From assembly GCF_009914755.1 (NCBI RefSeq), contig NC_060937.1: DNA of 64,000 nt, one strand, 5' to 3'. The notes under the pieces were generated by a model. That model did no database searches and had not been told where the DNA came from. It saw only the letters and a list, made by a program, of their open reading frames with translations. Positions 63,932 to 64,000 of the stretch are shown here, piece by piece. The translations under genes and the position numbers were made by a program. The stretch comes from the human T2T-CHM13v2.0 reference genome, Homo sapiens. Each line of letters starts with the position of its first letter. The stretch's first letter is position 1.

Positions 63932-64000
63932 TACTGGGTGAATTATCACACTTCTTTCTGACCATTCACTTTTCTGTCTTTGTAACAGCCATCAGGGTCT

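Overview
Human (hominid) genomic DNA carrying the complete GAS6 gene (growth arrest-specific 6, the vitamin K-dependent ligand of the TAM receptors TYRO3/AXL/MERTK; 13q34 by recall) on the minus strand. I mapped 15 coding exons by hand between ATG 48201 and TAG 3598-3600. All have GT-AG boundaries and sum to 2037 nt = 678 aa (signal/propeptide, Gla, loop, 4 EGF, 2 LG domains). The gene has a CpG-island promoter, two uORFs in the 5' leader and a 129-nt alternative acceptor that adds 43 aa. The window is unusually dense in minisatellites (about 15 VNTRs and low-complexity tracts). Upstream lies an old L1 block invaded by a 5'-truncated SVA, a THE1 solo LTR and several Alus. The most notable unexplained pattern is that several intronic VNTRs next to GAS6 exons are built from splice-signal-like units: tandem CAG|GTGAGG 3'ss/5'ss junctions before exon 11, and tandem in-frame acceptors before exon 6. 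This suggests a copy-number-tunable splicing layer, which is inference only. Almost all of the long ORFs in the supplied track are repeat or GC-composition artefacts. There are no prokaryotic features, CRISPR arrays, tRNA or rRNA genes.
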